Part shown: positions 1 to 6,922 of the stretch, piece after piece | Layout: each line of letters opens with the position of its first letter | How positions within the stretch are numbered: position 1 is the first letter of the stretch | Source of the DNA: a virus | Direction: 5' to 3' (one strand) | IMG/VR virus record: IMGVR_UViG_3300023212_000175 | Location: 1-43,152 of that record | Length of the DNA: 43,152 nt | Made by a program: the position numbers and the translations under genes | The notes under the pieces: generated by a model | What the model saw: the letters and a program-made list of their open reading frames with translations, nothing else | Databases searched by the model: none | Told to the model about the DNA's origin: nothing

Positions 1-127
1 CCGGCCGTCCACCCGCTGTCCACCCGCCGAATGCGGCCCGAATTCGATCGAGCAAAACGCATAAATGCCGCGCTATCATAAGTTTACCCGTATTCAAAGC
101 CTCACTACCCCTATGTTCAAAAAAAAA
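1..127. repeat. Exact 127-bp terminal duplication, copy 1 (identical to 43026..43152)
   Basis: Compared base by base. ccggccgtccacccgctgtccacccgcc...ctatgttcaaaaaaaaa occurs at 1..127 and again at 43026..43152, ending exactly at the window edge. Confidence 0.95.
7..27 (+). repeat. Tandem decamer GTCCACCCGC x2 (7..16 and 18..27) between the divergent promoters
   Basis: Read directly. The copy at 43032..43052 exists only because of the terminal duplication. Confidence 0.8.
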
Positions 128-157
128 AGAAGGGGTGTAAAAAGTACCCGGAAAAAA

Positions 158-231
158 TTACCTTTCGTTTCTAAGTGATTGATTCTTAAAAAAAAAAAAA
201 GAAAAAAAGAAAAACTTATAACGAAAGGTAA
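158..231. promoter_or_regulatory. Perfect 12-bp inverted repeat TTACCTTTCGTT (158..169) / AACGAAAGGTAA (220..231) flanking an A13-G-A7-G-A5 tract (188..214); candidate operator pair or UP/bent-DNA element upstream of the early promoter
   Basis: Read directly. The core ACGAAAGGT recurs three times at 41531..41617. Confidence 0.6.
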
Positions 232-255
232 ATTTTACATAGGGAACTTTCCCTA

Positions 256-284
256 TTGCATATATAGGTACTTCATGCTATAAT
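256..284 (+). promoter_or_regulatory. Sigma70-type early rightward promoter: TTGCAT (256..261), 17-nt spacer, TGc-TATAAT (279..284)
   Basis: Near-consensus -35, perfect -10 and an extended -10 TG at 276..277. An A-tract lies upstream. All downstream genes to 16886 are on the + strand. Confidence 0.7.
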
Positions 285-334
285 GCCTGTAAGCCTATGA
301 AAAAGAAGCTTTTAGCGCTTCCCCGGGCCCGCAG

Positions 335-373
335 ACAGGGGATTTCAGCGGCAGGACAGGGGGTTTTCAGCGG
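335..373 (+). repeat. Tandem direct repeat ACAGGGGATTTCAGCGG (335..351) / ACAGGGGGTTTTCAGCGG (356..373) in the early leader
   Basis: Read directly. It lies between the early promoter and the first supported CDS. Confidence 0.8.
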
Positions 374-428
374 TATGACAGCCATTTTTCCACGGCTTTT
401 GCAGGTCTTAAAGTGAAAGGACGAAAGC

Positions 429-551
429 ATGAACTGTAAACACTGCGGAACTAAACTACAAAAGAGCAAGTACGCTGACCGCAACACCCAGCTATGCATG
501 AATTGCCGTTTGAAAAAACACGGCGATGCGTTTCGGGAAAGGAAGAATTAA
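429..551 (+). CDS. 40-aa zinc-ribbon peptide (CxxC-16-CxxC)
   Basis: Hand translation: MNCKHCGTKLQKSKYADRNTQLCMNCRLKKHGDAFRERKN. An AAAGGA RBS lies upstream. The stop TAA (549..551) abuts the next ATG at 552. It is below the ORF-track size cut-off. Confidence 0.55.
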   Translation: MNCKHCGTKLQKSKYADRNTQLCMNCRLKKHGDAFRERKN

Positions 552-779
552 ATGATGAATCTCTGTTTCATTTGTCAGAAAAACGAACCGAGCAAAATTT
601 TAACCCGCAACCACGAATCTTTCAGGGTCTGTGCCGACTGTGCAAAGTTAGCACAAACAGAGAACGACGCGCGTAACAAAATCAAAAAAGCGTTGCGCGC
701 GTCAGACACAACTCACATCTTTGAGTACACTCTCGGAATGAATCTATCCACGGTACAAATCAGAATCGAGGATCTATGA
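552..779 (+). CDS. Small zinc-ribbon protein (CFIC...CADC)
   Basis: 75-aa ORF with two CxxC pairs, directly abutting the previous stop. Confidence 0.65.
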   Translation: MMNLCFICQKNEPSKILTRNHESFRVCADCAKLAQTENDARNKIKKALRASDTTHIFEYTLGMNLSTVQIRIEDL

Positions 780-988
780 GGATACTTCACAGAGTCTGGT
801 CGAAGCCAGTACTCGATTTTCTCCAGAAAGTTTACGACAAGCAAGGGAAAACCTCGGGTTCATGCACAGGAATGAACTCAATGATCGTCGTTGGACTAAC
901 CCAAATGCCCGTGTTTTTCGACGCCGCACAAGATGAGTTATATTCAGTTTGCCCCGAGAAAGCAAACTTCTACAACGGAGGAAAATAA
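776..988 (+). CDS. Hypothetical protein
   Basis: 70-aa ORF. ATGA start/stop overlap with the upstream gene at 776..779. Confidence 0.6.
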   Translation: MRILHRVWSKPVLDFLQKVYDKQGKTSGSCTGMNSMIVVGLTQMPVFFDAAQDELYSVCPEKANFYNGGK

Positions 989-994
989 AATTTT

Positions 995-1228
995 ATGTCA
1001 GAGGATCTCTTTGATGTACAGCGGACAAGTTTAAGGTTGCAATTGAAATCTACCAAGAATCGGTTAGGGGCAGCTTATCTCGTAGTCTCAATGAATATGA
1101 ACCTTTTAAACTCTCAAGGAGAGATTCCGCCAAAGGAAAGGATAGAATTGTACAGGAATTTAACGGGTGCAATCGTAGAATGCCTATCATCAATGAACTC
1201 GCTGATGGAATCGAAGGGAGACAAATAA
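995..1228 (+). CDS. Hypothetical protein
   Basis: 77-aa ORF in the co-directional early array. Confidence 0.6.
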   Translation: MSEDLFDVQRTSLRLQLKSTKNRLGAAYLVVSMNMNLLNSQGEIPPKERIELYRNLTGAIVECLSSMNSLMESKGDK

Positions 1229-1467
1229 TGTGGTATTGGAAAATCGGACAGGAAAAATCAACGCGCTATTACGAAACACTCGATTCCTGCATTCAGGACA
1301 TTCAATTCGAGTTCAAAAAATGGCAATTTAAACCGTCTTTAGTTCGCTTCATTAAGATAGGAAGAAAGAGAATCGAACTGCCAGCGCGAGTTTTGGGGCG
1401 TGGCACAATAGGAATGATTATCACTCCAGACCTGACCCTATTTCCTCAAGAGAGAGGAGTGCTATGA
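1228..1467 (+). CDS. Hypothetical protein (start trimmed to ATG 1228)
   Basis: TAATG overlap with the previous stop at 1226..1230. The ORF-track start at 1180 would overlap the previous gene by 49 nt. Confidence 0.55.
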   Translation: MWYWKIGQEKSTRYYETLDSCIQDIQFEFKKWQFKPSLVRFIKIGRKRIELPARVLGRGTIGMIITPDLTLFPQERGVL

Positions 1468-2015
1468 GAGGATACATGCGCTGTGAATACATTTCGCCAA
1501 ACTCCGGACAACAGTGCGAAGTTTGGTTCCCATCAATCGAAAGGCAAAAAGATAACTCCGGTAACTTGCTTCCCATCTTATGTCCCGACTGTGCCAAAAT
1601 AGCCAATCCTTCAACGCAAAAAACCGCGTACATCGAGGCAGTCAACGTTCAAAAACTCTACTGCTACAAAATGTTCGAAAAGGGCATTGAAGAGGGATTT
1701 TCACTCCTGGACGAACATATCGCCAAGATCGAAGCCGCTATCCAGGAGCAAAAAGACTTGCTCTGGTCGGCGCGCGCGGTTCGGGCTGAAAAAGAGCAAA
1801 GTTTGAGCGAATCAGAATACAACGAAAGACGTAAGTACAAAGTCAAAGTTGCTGTTGATAAAGCAGCGAAGCCAAAGACAGTCTCAATGAAGAAAGATCC
1901 AATAGCGGCTTTGACCTCAAAAATAGGAGACAAACAAAAAGCCGCGGACTTACTTTCAATGGACCCCGACGAGTTCATAGCAAAATACCAAGCAAAAAGA
2001 AAGAAAAGATCATGA
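1464..2015 (+). CDS. Hypothetical protein with an N-terminal Cys4 zinc ribbon and a Lys-rich coiled-coil C-terminus
   Basis: 183 aa. Cysteines in CEYISPNSGQQCEVW...LCPDCAK. ATGA overlap with the upstream gene. Confidence 0.7.
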   Translation: MRGYMRCEYISPNSGQQCEVWFPSIERQKDNSGNLLPILCPDCAKIANPSTQKTAYIEAVNVQKLYCYKMFEKGIEEGFSLLDEHIAKIEAAIQEQKDLLWSARAVRAEKEQSLSESEYNERRKYKVKVAVDKAAKPKTVSMKKDPIAALTSKIGDKQKAADLLSMDPDEFIAKYQAKRKKRS

Positions 2016-2260
2016 CAAACCTCGAAATTTGGGATGAAGTCAAAGAGGGGTGCACCCCAGAGGAAATAGATCTGATGGCTTATTATATCTTGGGGGCCGT
2101 ATCGCTTTACACTCATCAGCAGAGGTGGAACGAAGTGTGCCAGCACGCATACGAATTTATCTGCATGAGAAGGAGAGTCAATGACATTACCACCCTTGAA
2201 ACTCCGTCTGGAAGATTACAGACTGATCGAGAGGATGATAAACGAGATTCCGGAGAATGA
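2012..2260 (+). CDS. Hypothetical protein
   Basis: 82-aa ORF with ATGA overlap with the previous gene. Confidence 0.6.
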   Translation: MTNLEIWDEVKEGCTPEEIDLMAYYILGAVSLYTHQQRWNEVCQHAYEFICMRRRVNDITTLETPSGRLQTDREDDKRDSGE

Positions 2261-2378
2261 ACTAACGGACGAAGAAACACACCTCCGTTGGAAAGTTCGT
2301 AAGATAGCATCTAACATCGAACGTGCAATCAAAAGGGACAAATCCAATGAGCAAAATCGAAACAACAACTCTCAATGA
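2181..2378 (+). CDS. Hypothetical protein (start uncertain; alternative ATG at 2235)
   Basis: 65-aa ORF that overlaps both neighbours. This is the weakest gene call in this stretch. Confidence 0.4.
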   Translation: MTLPPLKLRLEDYRLIERMINEIPENELTDEETHLRWKVRKIASNIERAIKRDKSNEQNRNNNSQ

Positions 2379-2523
2379 TTGGATTCTCGATCTTGAGAAT
2401 ACTCAGATAAACTTAGAGTGGCTGATAAAAAGGATTGAAGATCCATTCCCTAATCAACTTCTACGCGCGCTGCTTCGCAATATCAAGAATCTCGAAGAGC
2501 AAATGCGTGAGGTGCAAAAATAA
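2323..2523 (+). CDS. Hypothetical coiled-coil protein (alternative ATG at 2347)
   Basis: 66-aa ORF. Its stop overlaps the SNF2 start (TAATG at 2520..2525). Confidence 0.5.
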   Translation: MQSKGTNPMSKIETTTLNDWILDLENTQINLEWLIKRIEDPFPNQLLRALLRNIKNLEEQMREVQK

Positions 2524-4151
2524 TGCCGTTCATTCAAGAGAAGTGCCCAACCTGTCAGAAAACGGCGAAAACGAAGTCCACAGTCCACATTGGGACCGAG
2601 CAACGCACGGTGAATATTCTCGAGTGCGGCCATTTCATCGTTCAGGATCAACTCGCGCGCAAAGACGCCAGCGCGCTCAGAAGTCTTCTCGGCCATAAAT
2701 TAAGACCGTTCCAAATCAAAGGGGTTGAGTTCTTGGAACACGCCGACGGAACGGCACTAATCGGAGACGAACAGGGACTAGGGAAAACAATTCAAGTCCT
2801 TGCTTTCTTGTACTTGCACAAAGAACTACTTCCAGCCGTAGCCGTTGTCAAAGGAAGTTTGAAGATACAATGGCAACACCAGGGTTATGACTGGCTTTCC
2901 GAAGATGACGATCTGGGCATTGTCTTCCCACAAATCATCGAGGACTCAAAAGACACACTTCTCCCCAAACAAAAGTTATACATCGTTTCCTTCGACCTGC
3001 TTCGAAGGTTCAACGGAAAAAAAGGAGATCGAGGCCACTACGAAAATCGCTTCGAAGAAATGATAAAAAAAGCAGGTGTTAAGACACTAATTATCGACGA
3101 ATGTCAAAACATCAAAAATCCTGAATCCCAAAGAACCGTGGAGGTACGTCGCCTTGCAAATTGCGTTGAGCACGTCGTTGCCCTCTCTGGTGCGGCCATC
3201 AAGAATCACGCTGGAGAATACTTCAGTGTGCTCAATATGTTGCACCCTGAAATGTTCTCAAACTACTCGAACTTTCTACGCTATGAATGCCAGTCAGTGT
3301 GGAATGGTTATGGGTATAAGACTGGTGGATTACGCGATCCGGAAGCTTTCCTCCAGAAAACTTCTTCCTTTATCATTCGACGCGAAAGAAAGGAGGTTGC
3401 ACCTGAGCTACCAGTGGTTGATCGGCAATTTCAACTTTGTGATCTTGCAGATGAGGTCGAACAAGCCTACAAAGATACGTTTCTGGCATTTAGAAACGAT
3501 TACGACTCAAATGCAAGTTCTTTTCAAGATTCCGGGCACACGCTCGCCTATCTTTCTAGAATGCGGCATCTCGTCGGATATTCTAAGATTGATCCCTGCA
3601 TTGACTACGTAATGGAATTCTTAGGCTCTACAGCCGAGAAGAGAATTTGCATCTTTGCTCATCATCAAGACGTCGCAGAGTTACTTCAGACAAAGCTCAA
3701 AGCATTAATGAACTCAATCAACGAGGGTGAGCCTTGGAACCTTGTTGGTCTTGGTCCTGAAGTTCGCGAAGTGAAGAAAAACGACTGGTTAAATTCAAAC
3801 TCGCGCGTCTTAATTCTCTCCGCCTTAGCATCCGGCGAAGGTCTTGACGGTCTCCAAAAAGTCTCTGATACAATAATAATGCTGGAAAGGCAATGGAATC
3901 CGGCGAATGAAGAACAAGTTGAAGGACGACTAGCTAGGATGGGAAGGGTGGATACAGTACAATCCATCATTGCTACTTATTTCGTTGCAGTTGGAACGGT
4001 GGATGAATTCTTTTCAGAGATCGTTGAAAAGAAACGAGAAATCGTTGGAAAAACTCTTAGCGGACAGGCCGCTGAATGGCAGGAGAGTTCAATCATGAAA
4101 GAGTTAGCCGAAGTCCTCATGATGAAGGGAGGACAGAAGTGGGGATTGTAG
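2523..4151 (+). CDS. SNF2/RAD54-family DNA helicase/translocase with an N-terminal zinc finger
   Basis: Motif I GDEQGLGKT, motif II DECQNIKN, motif III LSGAAIKN and motif VI QWNPANEEQVEGRLARMGR. N-terminal CPTCQ...ECGH. Confidence 0.9.
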   Translation: MPFIQEKCPTCQKTAKTKSTVHIGTEQRTVNILECGHFIVQDQLARKDASALRSLLGHKLRPFQIKGVEFLEHADGTALIGDEQGLGKTIQVLAFLYLHKELLPAVAVVKGSLKIQWQHQGYDWLSEDDDLGIVFPQIIEDSKDTLLPKQKLYIVSFDLLRRFNGKKGDRGHYENRFEEMIKKAGVKTLIIDECQNIKNPESQRTVEVRRLANCVEHVVALSGAAIKNHAGEYFSVLNMLHPEMFSNYSNFLRYECQSVWNGYGYKTGGLRDPEAFLQKTSSFIIRRERKEVAPELPVVDRQFQLCDLADEVEQAYKDTFLAFRNDYDSNASSFQDSGHTLAYLSRMRHLVGYSKIDPCIDYVMEFLGSTAEKRICIFAHHQDVAELLQTKLKALMNSINEGEPWNLVGLGPEVREVKKNDWLNSNSRVLILSALASGEGLDGLQKVSDTIIMLERQWNPANEEQVEGRLARMGRVDTVQSIIATYFVAVGTVDEFFSEIVEKKREIVGKTLSGQAAEWQESSIMKELAEVLMMKGGQKWGL

Positions 4152-4648
4152 TAGAGCCGATAACTCTTACTCAAAAATCCTACATTCGTGCGCTCTTAGT
4201 AGGAATGATACGATATCCTACTGTTGTGAGAAGTTACGTTTCAGAAGTAATAGGGCGCGACATCGATAGCATCAACACCGAGGTAGATCTTGACAAACTT
4301 TCGAAGGATGAAGCAAGTAATATAATTTCAGGGATTTTAGGAGTAAAAAAGGAGATGACTACACTCAAGAACTACACTGTAAAAATTGAAAGCCCATTTC
4401 TACTGACACCAACACAAATCAAAAACAAACTTGGAATCGGTTTCAAGGTCCTAGCCGTTGAAATTGAAAAGGAAATCAATCGTGTTAAAATTACTTCAGT
4501 TGATTCAGCGGTCGATGAAATCATTAAGCAGGGTTATCGTGCTCTCATTCGTGCTCACCATCCTGATGTTGGCGGGGATACAGAAGTGGCCGTAATTTTG
4601 AATCGTGCGAAGAAAGAATTAGACGAACTCATGAGGTCAATACGATGA
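4139..4648 (+). CDS. J-domain (DnaJ-like, HPD motif) protein
   Basis: C-terminal KQGYRALIRAHHPDVGGDTEVAVILNRAKKELDEL matches J-domain helix II - HPD - helix III. Preferred start is GTG 4139, 5 nt after AAGGGAGGA (4125..4133). The ORF-track ATG at 4076 would overlap SNF2 by 76 nt. Confidence 0.7.
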   Translation: MGIVVEPITLTQKSYIRALLVGMIRYPTVVRSYVSEVIGRDIDSINTEVDLDKLSKDEASNIISGILGVKKEMTTLKNYTVKIESPFLLTPTQIKNKLGIGFKVLAVEIEKEINRVKITSVDSAVDEIIKQGYRALIRAHHPDVGGDTEVAVILNRAKKELDELMRSIR

Positions 4649-4824
4649 GACGTGATAAATACGGAGGCATCATTTTAGCAACTCCAAATCCTGACTGTCC
4701 ATACTGTCAGGCTAAAAATCACCATATGGATATGACTCCTGAAGAACGAAAGAAGTTTCACCCTGATGCCGGAAAGGGAGTGGATAATTTCGGAACCAAA
4801 AGAAAGGAACCTCGCAATGGGTAA
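4645..4824 (+). CDS. 59-aa Cys/His peptide
   Basis: Hand translation: MRRDKYGGIILATPNPDCPYCQAKNHHMDMTPEERKKFHPDAGKGVDNFGTKRKEPRNG. ATGA overlap with the J-domain gene stop. Its own stop overlaps the vWA start. Confidence 0.5.
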   Translation: MRRDKYGGIILATPNPDCPYCQAKNHHMDMTPEERKKFHPDAGKGVDNFGTKRKEPRNG

Positions 4825-5350
4825 CTTAATCCAAAACCAATCGACGATGACTCTTTATCAAAGATTAAAAGCCAGCAAGAACAAACCAGCAATCGCCCTA
4901 GATGTGTCTGCTTCTATGGATGGCATTGTCGAGGGAACCACGCGTGCGATTGATTGTTTACGTCAAGTTATAAAGGACATTCAAGTTTCGGCGAATTATT
5001 ACTGGTTCAACACAGACTGGGGAAAATGCACAAAAGAAAATGTTCCCGAACCAGATGGCGGTACTTGGCTTTCTCCGGTGATCGAAGCCATAAAGTCCGA
5101 TGGTTACAATGAAGCTCTCGTAATAACGGACGGAGATGTGAATGCGAACAATCAAGAACAAACCCTCAAAGCTACCGAGAATATTAAGCTCACGATTTAT
5201 TATGTCGGACCAGGAAAGAGACCAGAATTCCTCGAAAAATTAGCAAAACAATCGGGAGGATTTTGTGAGAAGAGAGACCTGAAATTTACTCAAGAACTTA
5301 CGGAAGCTATCCAAAAACTCTTACCTCCAGCGGGGCCAATTTCGTTATGA
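4817..5350 (+). CDS. von Willebrand factor A (vWA) domain protein with a MIDAS motif
   Basis: IALDVSASMDG (DxSxS), then GGTWLSPVIEAI and ALVITDGDVN. Start trimmed to ATG 4817 (ATGGGTAA overlap). The ORF-track start is 4766. Confidence 0.8.
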   Translation: MGNLIQNQSTMTLYQRLKASKNKPAIALDVSASMDGIVEGTTRAIDCLRQVIKDIQVSANYYWFNTDWGKCTKENVPEPDGGTWLSPVIEAIKSDGYNEALVITDGDVNANNQEQTLKATENIKLTIYYVGPGKRPEFLEKLAKQSGGFCEKRDLKFTQELTEAIQKLLPPAGPISL

Positions 5351-5550
5351 CAAAATGTGTTAACTGTATCTTTTACGATTCAGAGAATTCAAAGGTGGTC
5401 GGGCAGGGTTCTTGCCGTAGAAAACCACCGAGAGCAACGACCTTTCCAACTGCGACACCAGGTGGTATGCAGTTAGTAAATATCACCCTGTGGCCTGAGG
5501 TCAAGGAAACCGATGGTTGTGGTAAAGGACAACCTAAGAACGTTTCGTAG
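5347..5550 (+). CDS. Small Cys-rich protein (CxxC ... C ... WP ... C)
   Basis: 67-aa ORF with ATGA overlap with the vWA stop. Sequence features: CVNCIFYD...GSCRRKPP...LWPEVKETDGCG. Confidence 0.6.
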   Translation: MTKCVNCIFYDSENSKVVGQGSCRRKPPRATTFPTATPGGMQLVNITLWPEVKETDGCGKGQPKNVS

Positions 5551-5573
5551 CACGAAAAGTTAACACGAAGAAA

Positions 5574-6461
5574 ATGGAACAAAAAATAGTTAGTCTTGAC
5601 GCGACGATTCTGAATACTTATCAGAGTTGTCCCTTGAAGGTGAAACAAGCTTTCGTTGATCTCCTCAAACCCAATGTGAAAGCTGAAGCTTTGGAAAAAG
5701 GAGATCTCTTTCACAAACTGCTCGAAGTTTACTACAGCTATCGGTTCGACATGATGGATTTTCGTTCCGATACATGGGGAGAATTAAGAGAGGCCAAAAT
5801 AGAACCGGGAGATTTGACTCCAGAGGTGTTCTGTACCAAAGTAGTTGGACCATTCTTCGCGAGTCAGATGAACACTCCACCAGAAATTCTTGAGGAAGTC
5901 ATATATCAATTCGGTGCATACTGCGAGTTTTATAAACACGATGAGTGGCATCCACTGGCCGTTGAGCAGGTAGGTTCCAAGATTCTCTTTGAGGATGAAG
6001 AGTGGAAAATCATCTACAATATCAAGTGCGATTTGGTCGCTGAGAAGGGAACTCGAATTGCTCCTTGGGATCATAAAACGGGTTCAAGGAGAAGTACTCC
6101 AAATTCAATGTCCAATCAATTCATCGGTACTTGCTTCGTTTTGGGCATGAACTATATGATGATTAACAAGATTGGATTCCAAAAAACTTTGGCTCCAAAT
6201 GAAAGATTTCAGCGCTTCCTTTTGAATATCCCACAAACTAGAATTGACGAGTGGGTCAAAAATACAACCTGGTGGGCGAAAGAACTGCACAAAAGCATTT
6301 CCGAAGATAATTGGCCTATGAATCTGACAGCTTGCGACAAGTACTCCGGTTGCGTGTACATCCCTATTTGTGAATCGACTCCAGAAATGCGTTTGTTCAC
6401 TATTTCAAGAGACTTTTCGGTCGGCGAAAAATGGGACGTTGCGGCTATTTTGGAGGCTTAG
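5574..6461 (+). CDS. PD-(D/E)XK nuclease, Cas4/RecB-like exonuclease with a C-terminal Cys cluster
   Basis: N-terminal Cys (SCPLKV), the core IKCDLVAEKG...WDHKTG, and the C-terminal CDKYSGCVYIPIC typical of Cas4-like 4Fe-4S nucleases. Confidence 0.8.
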   Translation: MEQKIVSLDATILNTYQSCPLKVKQAFVDLLKPNVKAEALEKGDLFHKLLEVYYSYRFDMMDFRSDTWGELREAKIEPGDLTPEVFCTKVVGPFFASQMNTPPEILEEVIYQFGAYCEFYKHDEWHPLAVEQVGSKILFEDEEWKIIYNIKCDLVAEKGTRIAPWDHKTGSRRSTPNSMSNQFIGTCFVLGMNYMMINKIGFQKTLAPNERFQRFLLNIPQTRIDEWVKNTTWWAKELHKSISEDNWPMNLTACDKYSGCVYIPICESTPEMRLFTISRDFSVGEKWDVAAILEA

Positions 6462-6647
6462 ATGATGGAAAACAACGCAAGTAACATCGAACACCTCATA
6501 AACGTAGTTTCCACAATAGGTCATAATCTGACCGAATGGGAGGAAGACTTTATAACATCTATTGCAGTTCAATTTAACGAACGAAGAAGACTTACTGACA
6601 GACAATTTGAGATTCTTGAAAGGATTTATGCGGAGAAGACGCCGTGA
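6462..6647 (+). CDS. Hypothetical protein
   Basis: 61-aa ORF that starts immediately after the previous stop. Confidence 0.6.
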   Translation: MMENNASNIEHLINVVSTIGHNLTEWEEDFITSIAVQFNERRRLTDRQFEILERIYAEKTP

Positions 6648-6922
6648 AGTATAAACACAAAGGTGCACATTTATACGAACGCTTTGTTACAACCAAAGAC
6701 AAGGTCATTTTCAAGTGCATGATTCCTAATTGCACACACTTCTTGACCAATCCAGACATGGTTATCAATCGCTTAACACGTTGTTGGGGTGAGTGCGGCC
6801 GCGAGTTGGTGTACACAAAAGAACATTATCAGGATAAGATAAAGAAACCGCTCTGTGACGAGTGCAGAGAAGAAAGGAAAATACAACGAACACTGTTGTC
6901 GCAAATACCAAATGCCACATAG
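6644..6922 (+). CDS. Zinc-finger protein (multiple Cys/His pairs)
   Basis: 92-aa ORF with GTG start overlapping the previous stop. Cys/His pairs: CMIPNCTH...CWGECG...CDEC. Confidence 0.6.
   Translation: MKYKHKGAHLYERFVTTKDKVIFKCMIPNCTHFLTNPDMVINRLTRCWGECGRELVYTKEHYQDKIKKPLCDECREERKIQRTLLSQIPNAT

Noticed and set aside
297-416. 39-aa + strand ORF (MKKKLLALPRARRQG...) starting 13 nt after the early -10
   Set aside because: It is possible as a leaderless peptide. However, it is built largely from the tandem leader repeat and has no supporting RBS or recognisable fold, so I cannot support it as a gene.
278-499. 73-aa ORF on the minus strand across the early leader
   Set aside because: It runs antisense through the early promoter -10, the leader repeats and the first zinc-ribbon ORF. 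It has no RBS and no minus-strand promoter context. Most likely a chance ORF.
1664-2146. 160-aa minus-strand ORF
   Set aside because: It is entirely antisense to the coupled + strand genes 1464..2015 and 2012..2260. It has no regulatory context.
3154-3970. Alternative-frame and antisense ORFs inside the SNF2 gene (3154..3612 +, 3686..3970 -)
   Set aside because: The SNF2 frame carries all the helicase motifs across this interval. The other frames have no motifs.
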